The notes beneath the pieces are model-generated. The model was not told the DNA's origin. It ran no database searches and saw only the letters and a program-made list of their open reading frames with translations. 64,000 nucleotides of DNA. It comes from an uncultured Eubacteriaceae bacterium (GTDB lineage Bacteria > Bacillota > Clostridia > Eubacteriales > UBA1433). Below are positions 48,579 to 57,064 of the stretch, one piece after another. The DNA lies in contig CAZHMK010000005.1 of the NCBI GenBank assembly GCA_964533615.1, positions 141,218 through 205,217 on the forward strand. The letters run 5' to 3'. The position numbers were made by a program, and so were the translations under genes. Each line of letters opens with the position of its first letter. The first letter of the stretch is position 1.

Positions 48579-49163
48579 ATGAAAAAAAAATTAATATTTA
48601 TTTATATTTGTATTATTGCCATAAGTATTTTCGCATCATGTGGCAGTCATTTATCTTATGAACAAATTGTTAGAGTTGTTATAAAGAATCAAGCATTGCT
48701 TAATCAAGTACCTGATGAAATAAAAAAATATAATGAACCATATGTTTCCATGACTAAAAAAAGACCTGTAGAAAACGCAATATCAGTACCAGTCCCAAAG
48801 GACATAGATGGACTGTATATTATTGAACACATAGATAAGAATTATAAAATTTCAAATATAGAGAATGATATATTTAAAAAAGTATTAAATATAAAAGGTA
48901 TAATTGATATTGCATTTTATGATATCAGTGAAAAAGGACGGTTCTCTGTTTTTTTCAGCTGCGGTGGAGAAGGTATTGGAAGTGCGATGAGTGAATATGG
49001 GTTTTATTATACGGAAGATAATAAGCCGATAGGTGACGATGGAGCTGATTATGAGTTTATGCAAAGTGAAGAAGGCTGGATCTGGACGGAAGAGGACTCG
49101 GATAACGAATACTATACTCAAAGAATAACAGATAACTGGTTTTATTATGAATGTTCGTGGTAA
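48579..49163 (+). CDS. Hypothetical lipoprotein
   Basis: Signal peptide with lipobox IFASC. AT-rich gene. Confidence 0.65.
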   Translation: MKKKLIFIYICIIAISIFASCGSHLSYEQIVRVVIKNQALLNQVPDEIKKYNEPYVSMTKKRPVENAISVPVPKDIDGLYIIEHIDKNYKISNIENDIFKKVLNIKGIIDIAFYDISEKGRFSVFFSCGGEGIGSAMSEYGFYYTEDNKPIGDDGADYEFMQSEEGWIWTEEDSDNEYYTQRITDNWFYYECSW

Positions 49164-49343
49164 TTGATATGTATAATTTAACTAATTTTAAAAAATTAAA
49201 TTGGCAGATTCATTAGAGAATATAGAGTCACTGATGTATACTTGCTGAGGCGTGATGATCAGGTATCAGCCTAACGTATTCACAGTCAAGCTTGAAATAC
49301 TTATTAACATGAGCTCGGGCAGTGAACGTTTATCAAAGTTTAA

Positions 49344-49577
49344 TTAAAATTCAAAAAAATCATTATATGAAATGCCCAATATGTCTTTGATTGCATTGAG
49401 CTCTTCGATGGAAATATGGCGAATCCCCGCTTCGATTTTCGCCAGCGTGCCACGAGAAATATCACAGCCATACACTTGCAGCTGCGCTGAAAGCTGCTCT
49501 TGTGTCATACCTTTTGCATTTCTGTATCTGCGTATGTTTGAGCCGATATTTTTATCGGCCTTAATATTTTGGCCCAT
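49344..49577 (-). CDS. XRE family HTH regulator (77 aa)
   Basis: IRRYRNAKGMTQEQLSAQL...SRGTLAKIEAG. Start set to Met 49577; the longer ORF-track N-terminus has no support. Confidence 0.75.
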   Translation of the reverse strand: MGQNIKADKNIGSNIRRYRNAKGMTQEQLSAQLQVYGCDISRGTLAKIEAGIRHISIEELNAIKDILGISYNDFFEF

Positions 49578-49904
49578 AAAGTTCAACCGCTTTCCTTGTT
49601 CCGAATACGGAACATTTTTATTGATTATATAGAATAATCGTATTATAATTGCTCTGATATTGGAGCAAAAGAATGATATTTCATGCCGAATTACAAACAA
49701 ATGTATTTTATACTTTTCAACGCGGTCGTAAACGCAATTGATCAATTAGAAAATGCCCAACAAAAGAGCGAGGATATATACATTGAGAGTGATGATATAC
49801 CGTTGATTTTTTTGCCCGAGATGGCAAAGGAAGTGCAGGACATCGAGCAAGGGTTTATTGATTAGAAGGATGTTGAAAAAGCGGGTGAGCGATGCGTGCG
49901 GGTG

Positions 49905-50700
49905 GTTTGCTATGCATAATTTTATATAAGATACCTGTCCCGCCAGATTCTTCGACTGCGCTCAGAATGACACCGTCCCCAGGTTTTTGATGATGTTCAG
50001 AATGACACCGTCCCCAGGGTTTGATTGGTGTTGGTCTGTTTGAATTACAGGATATACCTGCCCCGCCAGATTCTTCGACACGCTCAGAATGACGCTGCCC
50101 CCAGGGGACGGTTGGTGTTACTCTGTTTGAATTACAGGATACACCTGCCCCGCCAGATTCTTCGACTACGCTCAGAATGACATCCACCCGTGTTTAACGT
50201 GAGGATGGTTGAATAATTTTATATAAGATACCTGCCCCGCCAGATTCGCAGACACGCTCGGAGTGACACTGCCCCTGGAGTTCGGCTGATGTAGGTCTGA
50301 TTATTATTGCGAGAAAGCCTGCCCGTCGGATTCGCAGGCTGACACAAGTCTCTTGTCTGATATAAAAAAGAACGAAAAGGGGTTATCTTGAGCAGGGTCA
50401 AAAGATCCGGTGGGTTAGGGATTAGGCATAAGAAAGTAAGAAAGATTGAATGTGGGTTGGATCGATGTGCAAAATTTGATACATTAGAGAGCAGTTTGAT
50501 AATTTTATATGAAATACCTGCCCTGCCAGATTCTTCGACGCGCTCAGAATGACACCGGTCTCAGGGTTCGGTTGGAGTTGGTCTGTTTAAATTACAGAAT
50601 ACACCTACTCCCGACAAGATTCTTCGACTACGCTCAGAATGACACCGTCCCCCGGGTTTTTGATGATGTTCAGAATGACACCTGCCTCAGGGCTCGTATT
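49905..50700 (+). repeat. Dispersed repeat family, cluster 8 (largest, about 11 cores)
   Basis: Cores at 49936-49972, 49984-50008, 50058-50094, 50146-50181, 50232-50269, 50318-50345, inverted 50378-50410, 50518-50554, 50607-50645 and 50655-50680. The array ends about 20 nt before the GtrA stop codon. Confidence 0.9.
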
Positions 50701-50718
50701 TATACGATATGGGGTGGT

Positions 50719-51192
50719 TTATTGCGAAAGGTCGTCGAGTAGATCGGGGGAATGATTTTTTTGCGCGTATTTGCCGGTGTTGATGGAATTGCGGTAGACG
50801 ACGAGGCGGTAGAACAAAAATTCCGTTGTGAGGTTGATAAGCATGGTGCCGCCGAAAACGATGTACTCGTTCCAGCCGATGTTCGTGAGGGCTTCGCCCC
50901 ACCAAGTGGAAAGCGGCGTGAAGATGAGATAATAAAACGCCACCTGGAGCATGGCTTTGGGGATATTGGCCGCCGATTTGAATGTGAATCTTCTGTTGAC
51001 CGTGAAATTATAGAGCACCGAGAGCGTGAGCGCAATGAGATAACACGGCCAGTAGGGTAATAACGTGAGCTCATTGAGCAAAGTGAAACTGGCTGCCTGA
51101 AGAATACCGGCCGATGCCGAAAACGCAGTGAATTTTATAAATTGCAGGATGTTTTGTTTTGCGGTAAGGGTAGTATTTGTTTTTGTTTTCAT
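50719..51192 (-). CDS. GtrA family membrane protein
   Basis: 4-TM protein with FIKFTAFSASAGILQ and the VNRRFTFKS motif. Confidence 0.8.
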   Translation of the reverse strand: MKTKTNTTLTAKQNILQFIKFTAFSASAGILQAASFTLLNELTLLPYWPCYLIALTLSVLYNFTVNRRFTFKSAANIPKAMLQVAFYYLIFTPLSTWWGEALTNIGWNEYIVFGGTMLINLTTEFLFYRLVVYRNSINTGKYAQKNHSPDLLDDLSQ

Positions 51193-51253
51193 GAACTCTC
51201 TTTTTCAAAGGAATTTTTCAAGCGCTTCAAGTGATGGGGTGTATAAAGGAACA

Positions 51254-51574
51254 TCAGGCTTTGCGTTTGCTTTTTATGTATTCTTTGAACCGTTCGATAT
51301 CTTCGAGTTCTGCGTCTGTCCACTCTCCGTCATGGTGCGCCGCGATCGTGACGGGCTCATCAGCCTCTTCGTAAATATTAAAGATGTCTGTTTTGCCCAG
51401 CAGGAAATCAATAGAGCATGAAAACATCTCCGACAGCTTTTTTAGATTTTGCACTGTTGGGTTTTTCTTTCCGCTTTCCCATTCGGACACTGTGGGGGCG
51501 GATACTTTTAACGTGAGCGCGACTTCTTTTTGACTGTATTTTGCCATTTGACGTGCTTTTTTTATATTATTCAT
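51254..51574 (-). CDS. XRE/Cro-CI type repressor (prophage-like)
   Basis: IKKARQMAKYSQKEVALTLKVSAPTVSEWESGKKNP. Confidence 0.85.
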   Translation of the reverse strand: MNNIKKARQMAKYSQKEVALTLKVSAPTVSEWESGKKNPTVQNLKKLSEMFSCSIDFLLGKTDIFNIYEEADEPVTIAAHHDGEWTDAELEDIERFKEYIKSKRKA

Positions 51575-51634
51575 ATTTTCACATACCTTTTAACTTATTT
51601 TATAGCGAATTTCGTCGAATTTCAATCCGTTAAA

Positions 51635-51692
51635 ATTAGCAATAAGCTATTGACAAAAGAAATTATTGCGCTATAATTAGCTTAAAGCTAAT
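51635..51692 (+). promoter_or_regulatory. Divergent early promoter with two ATTAGC-N5-GCTAAT type operators
   Basis: TTGACA (51650-51655), a 16-nt spacer, then TATAAT (51672-51677). A perfect palindrome ATTAGC-N5-GCTAAT at 51676-51692 overlaps the -10 box. A near-palindrome ATTAGC-N5-GCTATT at 51635-51651 overlaps the -35 box. Confidence 0.55.
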
Positions 51693-52168
51693 ATTATTCC
51701 AGATATTGCCAAAAAAAATTGCTCATGGCGAAAACGGACAGGTTCTTTTAAATTTTCAAAGTTATTTATTTTTACGATCAGAATGATTTTTTTCCGCAAA
51801 GAAAAATACCGATGCGATACATCGATATTTTCACAAGAGACTTTTATTGGTTAAGAATTTGAACTTATTTGTTACTAAAATACTAAAAATTTTAAACGTT
51901 GTCAATAGTAAAACCAAAAAAACATCGACTAAAAATTAACAAACAAAAAAGAATCCTTACATAAAAAAAGAATGATAAGAAGCGATTAAAAAAGGTTTGA
52001 ATCAAAAAGAGAAAAAGAAACATTCTGTATGCATTACGCAAATTAATTATGTAAGAACTCTTTGAGGAAATTATAGAAGATAATGATTTGTTTGTCAATG
52101 GGAAATAGACGGCAATTGATAAAAATTTAACTAAATATGTAAAAAATAATCATTTACTTAAGAAGGAG

Positions 52169-52897
52169 ATGAAAAGTGTGAGTTATATTGATAAAATCAA
52201 CGCATTTGAGCGCTGGAACCAAACCAACCATCTGCCGCCGATGTCACAGCTTTTATACTATAAACTCTTAGCGCTCTTTAACAAAAGTACATGGCAGGAA
52301 TGGATCAGCGCCGAGAATAAACGGCTGATGGCCGAAATAAAAATAAAGAGGGAGGCAACATTTATACAGCTGCGCAACTGCCTGATTGATAAACAGCTTA
52401 TTGAATACAAAAAAGGAAAAAAAGGAAGTCCGGGCAAATATAAGTTAAAAGAAATCGTTTATTTAAGCGAAGCCAAAAGCGTAGTACAAAGCGTAGCCCA
52501 AACCGAAACCATACATAGAGAAAGAACAAGAGAAAGAGAGAGCAATTATCTATCGATAATTACTCTCTACAGCGAGACATGTAAAAGCCTGCCTGCCTGT
52601 AAGTCATTGACGCAAAAAAGAAGACAAGCCTTAAAGAACGGACTGGATCATGGATATGAGATCAGTGATTTTGAGCAGACTTTTATAAAGGCGCAGGCGA
52701 GCGGCTTTCTGCGGGGTGAGAACGGCCGGGGCTGGAAGGCTGATTTTGACTGGCTGATCACTGTAAAAAATATGAAAAAGGTGCTGGAAGGATTCTATGA
52801 CGATGCGCCTGAGAAAAAGGTACAGCAGAAAAGTGATAATATTTTCGTTCAGCTGCTGCGGGAAGGAGGAAGCTATGGACAGGCAGGGCGCACTTAA
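52169..52897 (+). CDS. Phage replisome-organiser-like protein (conserved phage C-terminus type)
   Basis: The C-terminal GENGRGWKADFDWLITVKNMKKVLEGFY resembles the conserved phage C-terminal domain. The true start may be GTG 52178. Confidence 0.55.
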   Translation: MKSVSYIDKINAFERWNQTNHLPPMSQLLYYKLLALFNKSTWQEWISAENKRLMAEIKIKREATFIQLRNCLIDKQLIEYKKGKKGSPGKYKLKEIVYLSEAKSVVQSVAQTETIHRERTRERESNYLSIITLYSETCKSLPACKSLTQKRRQALKNGLDHGYEISDFEQTFIKAQASGFLRGENGRGWKADFDWLITVKNMKKVLEGFYDDAPEKKVQQKSDNIFVQLLREGGSYGQAGRT

Positions 52898-53279
52898 AAT
52901 GCTGGGTATCATCAAAGCCGCGTATCCTTTGTTTTATAAAAACATGTCGCGCCCGGATGCCGAGACTGTGGTCTCGCTTTGGCAGGAAGTGTTTAAAGAT
53001 GTGGACGAGACGGAAGCGGCAGTGGCGCTGAAATGCTATATCTCAGAGGATAAGGCTTTTCCGCCTGCGCCGGGAGAAATCATGGAGCGGGTGCGCAGGC
53101 TGCATAAGTATATGAATGTGCCGTATGGCATTGCACTCGAGGAATGGATGGGTGAAGGTTACTACGCCATTCCAAAGGAGATGAGAGATTATATCGGCTC
53201 AAAAGAGGCTGAGCTGCTGAGTGACGGAGAGGCAGAAAAGAAAAAGTCGGTGTTTAGAAATTATCGGGATGAGGAATAA
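52875..53279 (+). CDS. Phage helicase-loader (G39P-like) protein
   Basis: ATG 52875 follows RBS ggaagg. The N-terminal ALKMLGIIKAAYPLFYKNMS..ETVVSLWQEVFKD pattern is that of G39P-type loaders. Confidence 0.5.
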   Translation: MDRQGALKMLGIIKAAYPLFYKNMSRPDAETVVSLWQEVFKDVDETEAAVALKCYISEDKAFPPAPGEIMERVRRLHKYMNVPYGIALEEWMGEGYYAIPKEMRDYIGSKEAELLSDGEAEKKKSVFRNYRDEE

Positions 53280-53309
53280 GGATATGAAAAAGCAGAGAGG
53301 CCGATATCA

Positions 53310-53465
53310 ATGAGCGCGCCGAAAAGCACATGCTACAAATGCAAAAGAAGAAAGGCGGGATGCCACAGCGTATGCGCGGACTATATCGCCTATCGCAGAG
53401 AGCATGAGGCGTATCAAAGGATTATTTTGGAAAAGAAACAAAAAGAAGCATTGCTCTACAAATAG
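53310..53465 (+). CDS. Small Cys-rich phage-type protein (51 aa)
   Basis: MSAPKSTCYKCKRRKAGCHSVCADYIAYRREHE... The ORF is below the track cutoff and was read manually. Confidence 0.45.
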   Translation: MSAPKSTCYKCKRRKAGCHSVCADYIAYRREHEAYQRIILEKKQKEALLYK

Positions 53466-53475
53466 GAGCGGGAAA

Positions 53476-53937
53476 ATGAATAATCACAGGAGGCAAAGGA
53501 TGAAAACGGATTTTACATACAGAGCGACAGAGGCGATATTATACAAGTATCGGCTGCTGAAAATACAGATAGAAAACGATATGCGCGCGCTGAAAGAGTA
53601 TGACGAACAAAAGCGTATCGGGCCGAGCGCGGTGGACACCACAGCCGATAAGGTAACAACGAGCACAGTCGCAGACAGTACATTTCGCGAGGCGATGCTG
53701 ATCCTGGAGGACAAAAAAAGGATCCGGCGGGCGATCGAGAAAAACAAGGCCGTGATCGGCAAAGTGGACAGGTCGATGCAGATTCTCACAAGTGAAGAGA
53801 ATAAAATCATTGAGGATAAGTATTTTTGCCGTAAAAAAGATTATGAGATATTTATGCAGCTGAATATGGCGGCGAGCACGTATTACCGCGTTAAGCAGCA
53901 TGCTGTGCGTAGTATTTCGACGGTTTTGTTTGGATGA
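53476..53937 (+). CDS. ArpU/RinA-like phage late transcription regulator (sigma region-4-like)
   Basis: ATG 53476 follows RBS aggag. The N-terminal ATEAILYKYRLLK and the C-terminal HTH LNMAASTYYRVKQHAVRSI are present. Confidence 0.55.
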   Translation: MNNHRRQRMKTDFTYRATEAILYKYRLLKIQIENDMRALKEYDEQKRIGPSAVDTTADKVTTSTVADSTFREAMLILEDKKRIRRAIEKNKAVIGKVDRSMQILTSEENKIIEDKYFCRKKDYEIFMQLNMAASTYYRVKQHAVRSISTVLFG

Positions 53938-53944
53938 GGCAAGG

Positions 53945-54410
53945 GTAGTCTTGCATGAGTGGGAGGTCTTTTGCATATTGAAAGAAGGGTATTGGAGAGG
54001 GGCATGATGATTTGAAGAGAGAAAAATCGTCCCCGCCAGATTCTTCGACTACGCTCAGAATGACACTGCCCCCTGGGTTTGGTTGGCGTTGGTCTGTTTG
54101 AATTATAGGATATGCCTAGTCCCGCCAGATTCTTCGACTACGCTCAGAGTGACACTGCCCCAGTTTTTTGATGATGTTTAGAATGACACCTGCCCAGGGT
54201 TCGGCCGGTGTGGGTCTGATTATTATTGCGAGAAAGTCTGCCCGTCGGATTCGCAGGCACGCTCAGAATGACATCCACCCGTGTTTAATGCATGCAAGGT
54301 TGATTTAAAAATTTTATATAAAATATTTACCCTGCCAGATTCTTCGATATACTCACAGTGACACCTGCCCTCGATTTTTTGATGATGTTCAGAATGATAG
54401 CTGCCAGTGG
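53945..54410 (+). repeat. Dispersed repeat family, cluster 9
   Basis: Cores at 54029-54066, 54119-54155, 54162-54189, 54237-54273, 54329-54364 and 54373-54400. Confidence 0.9.
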
Positions 54411-54557
54411 AAGGGAGTTGTAAGAGAGGACGAGCAATGCTGAGGCAGGTGTTAGTCTGATATATATCAGATAAGATACTTGTGCAGTCAGGTGCGGCGA
54501 ACGAAAGAGGGGGTGGTATTTAAAGTATGATATGGTATAGTAGGGATAACATTCGCA

Positions 54558-55298
54558 ATGTATATGAGGTATGAAATGGAACGTTTATATATTCGGCAGT
54601 TGAAAATCGGCGGCCTTGATGAAAGCGCATATACCGCGCATCTGCCTGTTATGCGGTGGCTGATCGAAGCGGGAGAGTTCGCCTTTGAAAAACAAGTGAC
54701 ATTTTTTATTGGTGAGAACGGAACGGGAAAATCCACGCTCATAGAAGCCATAGCCCTTTGCGCCGGATTTAACGCGGAAGGAGGCTCGAAGAATTTTAAC
54801 TTTTCTACAAAGCAAACCTCTTCTGATGTATATAAATCCATTACGCTCGTAAAAGCGGCATATGAAAAAGACGGTTTTTTTCTGCGAGCGGAAAGCTTTT
54901 ATAATGTCGCCACACAGGTAGACGAGCTGGAACTGAGCTTAGAAGGATACGGAGGATGCTCGCTGCATGAGCAATCCCACGGTGAGAGTTTTATGGCGCT
55001 GGTTCAAAACCGTTTCAGAGGGGAAGGACTTTATATTTTGGACGAGCCCGAAGCGGCCTTATCACCGTCGCGGCAAATGGCGCTGCTTGCGGAGATGAAA
55101 AGACTTGCGGATGAAGATTCCCAGTTTATCATTGCGACGCATTCGCCGATTTTGCTCGCTTATCCCGGTGCCGATATTTATCAGATCAGTGAGGACGGTA
55201 TTGAGAAGGTGGCTTACCGGGAGTGTGAACACTACAGGCTCACAAGGGATTTTTTGAATCAGCCCGAGCGAATGATGCATTATTTGTTTCATGAATAA
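54558..55298 (+). CDS. Stand-alone ABC/SMC-like AAA ATPase (~245 aa family)
   Basis: FFIGENGTGKSTLIEAI, HEQSHGESF, LYILDEPEAALSP and IIATHSPILL. Confidence 0.75.
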   Translation: MYMRYEMERLYIRQLKIGGLDESAYTAHLPVMRWLIEAGEFAFEKQVTFFIGENGTGKSTLIEAIALCAGFNAEGGSKNFNFSTKQTSSDVYKSITLVKAAYEKDGFFLRAESFYNVATQVDELELSLEGYGGCSLHEQSHGESFMALVQNRFRGEGLYILDEPEAALSPSRQMALLAEMKRLADEDSQFIIATHSPILLAYPGADIYQISEDGIEKVAYRECEHYRLTRDFLNQPERMMHYLFHE

Positions 55299-55299
55299 T

Positions 55300-55745
55300 G
55301 CGAAAGTCTTCTACATATTGAGAGAAGAGTGTTGGAGGGGGTATGATGACGTGAAGAAAAACCGTCCCCGACAGATTCTTCGACACGCTCAGAATGACAC
55401 CTGCCTCTTGTCTGATATAAAAAAAATGAGGGGGTCATCTTGAGCAGAGTCGAAAGATCCGGTTGGATAAGGATGGGGTGTGAGAGAGCGGGAAAGATCG
55501 GGGTGTAGGCTGGACTGATATGCAGAAGCTGATGTGTTCGAGGATGGAGAAGGGTATAATTATTTGAAGAAGAAAAACCGTCCCCGACAGATTCTTCGAC
55601 ACGCTCAGAATGACACTGCCCCCTGGGTTCGGTTGGTGTTGGTCTGTTTGAATTACAGGATATGCCTAGTCCCGCCAGATTCTTCGATACACTCACAGTG
55701 ACACTGCCCCCGGTTTTTTGATGATGTTCAGAATGATAGCTGCCC
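55300..55745 (+). repeat. Dispersed repeat family, cluster 10
   Basis: Cores at 55364-55400, inverted 55432-55462, 55579-55616, 55669-55705 and 55712-55738. Confidence 0.9.
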
Positions 55746-55866
55746 ATGTTTCATGCAAAAAGAAATTCCGGTCGGGTGGAGCAATAAAGAAGTCAAATAC
55801 GCGGCGAGCATTAGACATCATAAAAGGTTTATGGTAGAATTTTTCAGGAAAAAGGAGCGGTGTAAA

Positions 55867-56772
55867 ATGAAAGTGTATTTAAGCGAAAGCATGGACCGGC
55901 AGGCACTTGATCGGCTGAAGGCAAAGGCAGAGATTGTGGATGATTTTGATCATCCGGAGGAATTGGATGCCATCATTATACGGCGTGTGGTTTTAACGAG
56001 GGAAATTTTGAAAAGAGCCACACGATGTAAAATCGTTGCCATGCACGGAGTAGGACTGGATACCATCGATATGGATGCGGCAAAGGAATTCGGCATTCCC
56101 GTCGTAAATGTGCCGGGCGGAAGTGCGGAGAGCGTTGCGGAACTGGCGGTAACCTTTATGCTGGCAATGGGACGTAAACTCAAACAAGCAGAGCGAGGCC
56201 TTACCGAGGGGCGCTATAAGGGGTTTGGACCTTCTGAATTGATAGGTGTTGAGGTAATGGGAAAAAAGGTAGGGTTGGTAGGGTTTGGGCACATATCCAG
56301 ACGAGTCGGCGAAATTATGCGCACCGCATTTGGATGCCGTATTTTAGTCTATAACCCTTCACTTACAAAAGAAAAAGCAATTGCTATGGATGTTGAAAAA
56401 GTGGAGCAGCTGAAAGAATTGTTTGCGCTTTGCGACTTTGTGAGCATCAGTGTACCGCTTAAAGACAGCACGCGAAATATGATTAATGATGATATTTTTG
56501 CGAACGCAAATCCCAATTTGATTTTAGTCAACACTGCACGCGGCGGGATCGTGGATGAAGGGGCGCTCTATCGTGCGCTTACACAAAGAAAAATCGCGGC
56601 CGCAGGCTTTGACGTCAGTGTCAAAGAACCGATGGATAAAGATGATCCGCTTTTAGAACTGGAGAATTTTATGGCAACGCCTCATATCGGCGCAAGTACA
56701 CCGGACGCAAAACGCAGGGTGGGGCATGTGGTCGTGGATAATATTTTTAAAGCGTGGGGGATCGAAAGATAA
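55867..56772 (+). CDS. D-isomer-specific 2-hydroxyacid dehydrogenase (PGDH-like)
   Basis: VGLVGFGHISRRVG NAD motif, plus ARGGIVDE and the catalytic His region TPHIGAST. Start set to Met 55867 after RBS aggag. Confidence 0.85.
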   Translation: MKVYLSESMDRQALDRLKAKAEIVDDFDHPEELDAIIIRRVVLTREILKRATRCKIVAMHGVGLDTIDMDAAKEFGIPVVNVPGGSAESVAELAVTFMLAMGRKLKQAERGLTEGRYKGFGPSELIGVEVMGKKVGLVGFGHISRRVGEIMRTAFGCRILVYNPSLTKEKAIAMDVEKVEQLKELFALCDFVSISVPLKDSTRNMINDDIFANANPNLILVNTARGGIVDEGALYRALTQRKIAAAGFDVSVKEPMDKDDPLLELENFMATPHIGASTPDAKRRVGHVVVDNIFKAWGIER

Positions 56773-57064
56773 GCGGACTTGATAATAACAAGGCGCTCCC
56801 TGCCATATTGTCAAGTGATGAGTTGAACTTTGTTTGAAGTTAAATAAAATAATTAACATTTGTTGATATAGAAAAAAATTCAGAGTTTAAGTCAGAGGAT
56901 ATGTAATTGGCAGAATGAATTGTTAAATGTCTTTGGCTACTTAATTAGAGTTTAGGCCAAGATTTTTCAGTTCTGTATCTTCTCGTATTTTTAATCGGGT
57001 TTTATTACCGTACACAGGGCAGAATATCCATTTTGTTTTATCCGCCCTGTTCCATCACCTTCCG

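Noticed and set aside
49905-50700. The regularly spaced repeat arrays might be CRISPR arrays.
   Set aside because: The sequences between cores are themselves conserved linker modules rather than unique spacers. Core spacing varies (adjacent, about 50 nt, about 90 nt), and cores come in several variant classes. No cas genes are present.
51892-52098. A 68-aa minus-strand ORF lies in the AT-rich region upstream of the replisome-organiser gene.
   Set aside because: The sequence is low-complexity Phe/Leu/Ile-rich, as is typical of AT-rich non-coding DNA, and there is no RBS.
55289-55747. Long minus-strand ORFs run through the repeat arrays and encode repetitive HSERVEESGG/VILSVVEESGG peptides. 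They are at 40202-40462, 43361-43621, 49855-50187 and 55289-55747.
   Set aside because: They are open only because the repeat lacks stops in that frame. They have no RBS, their ends coincide with array ends, and their composition just mirrors the repeat.
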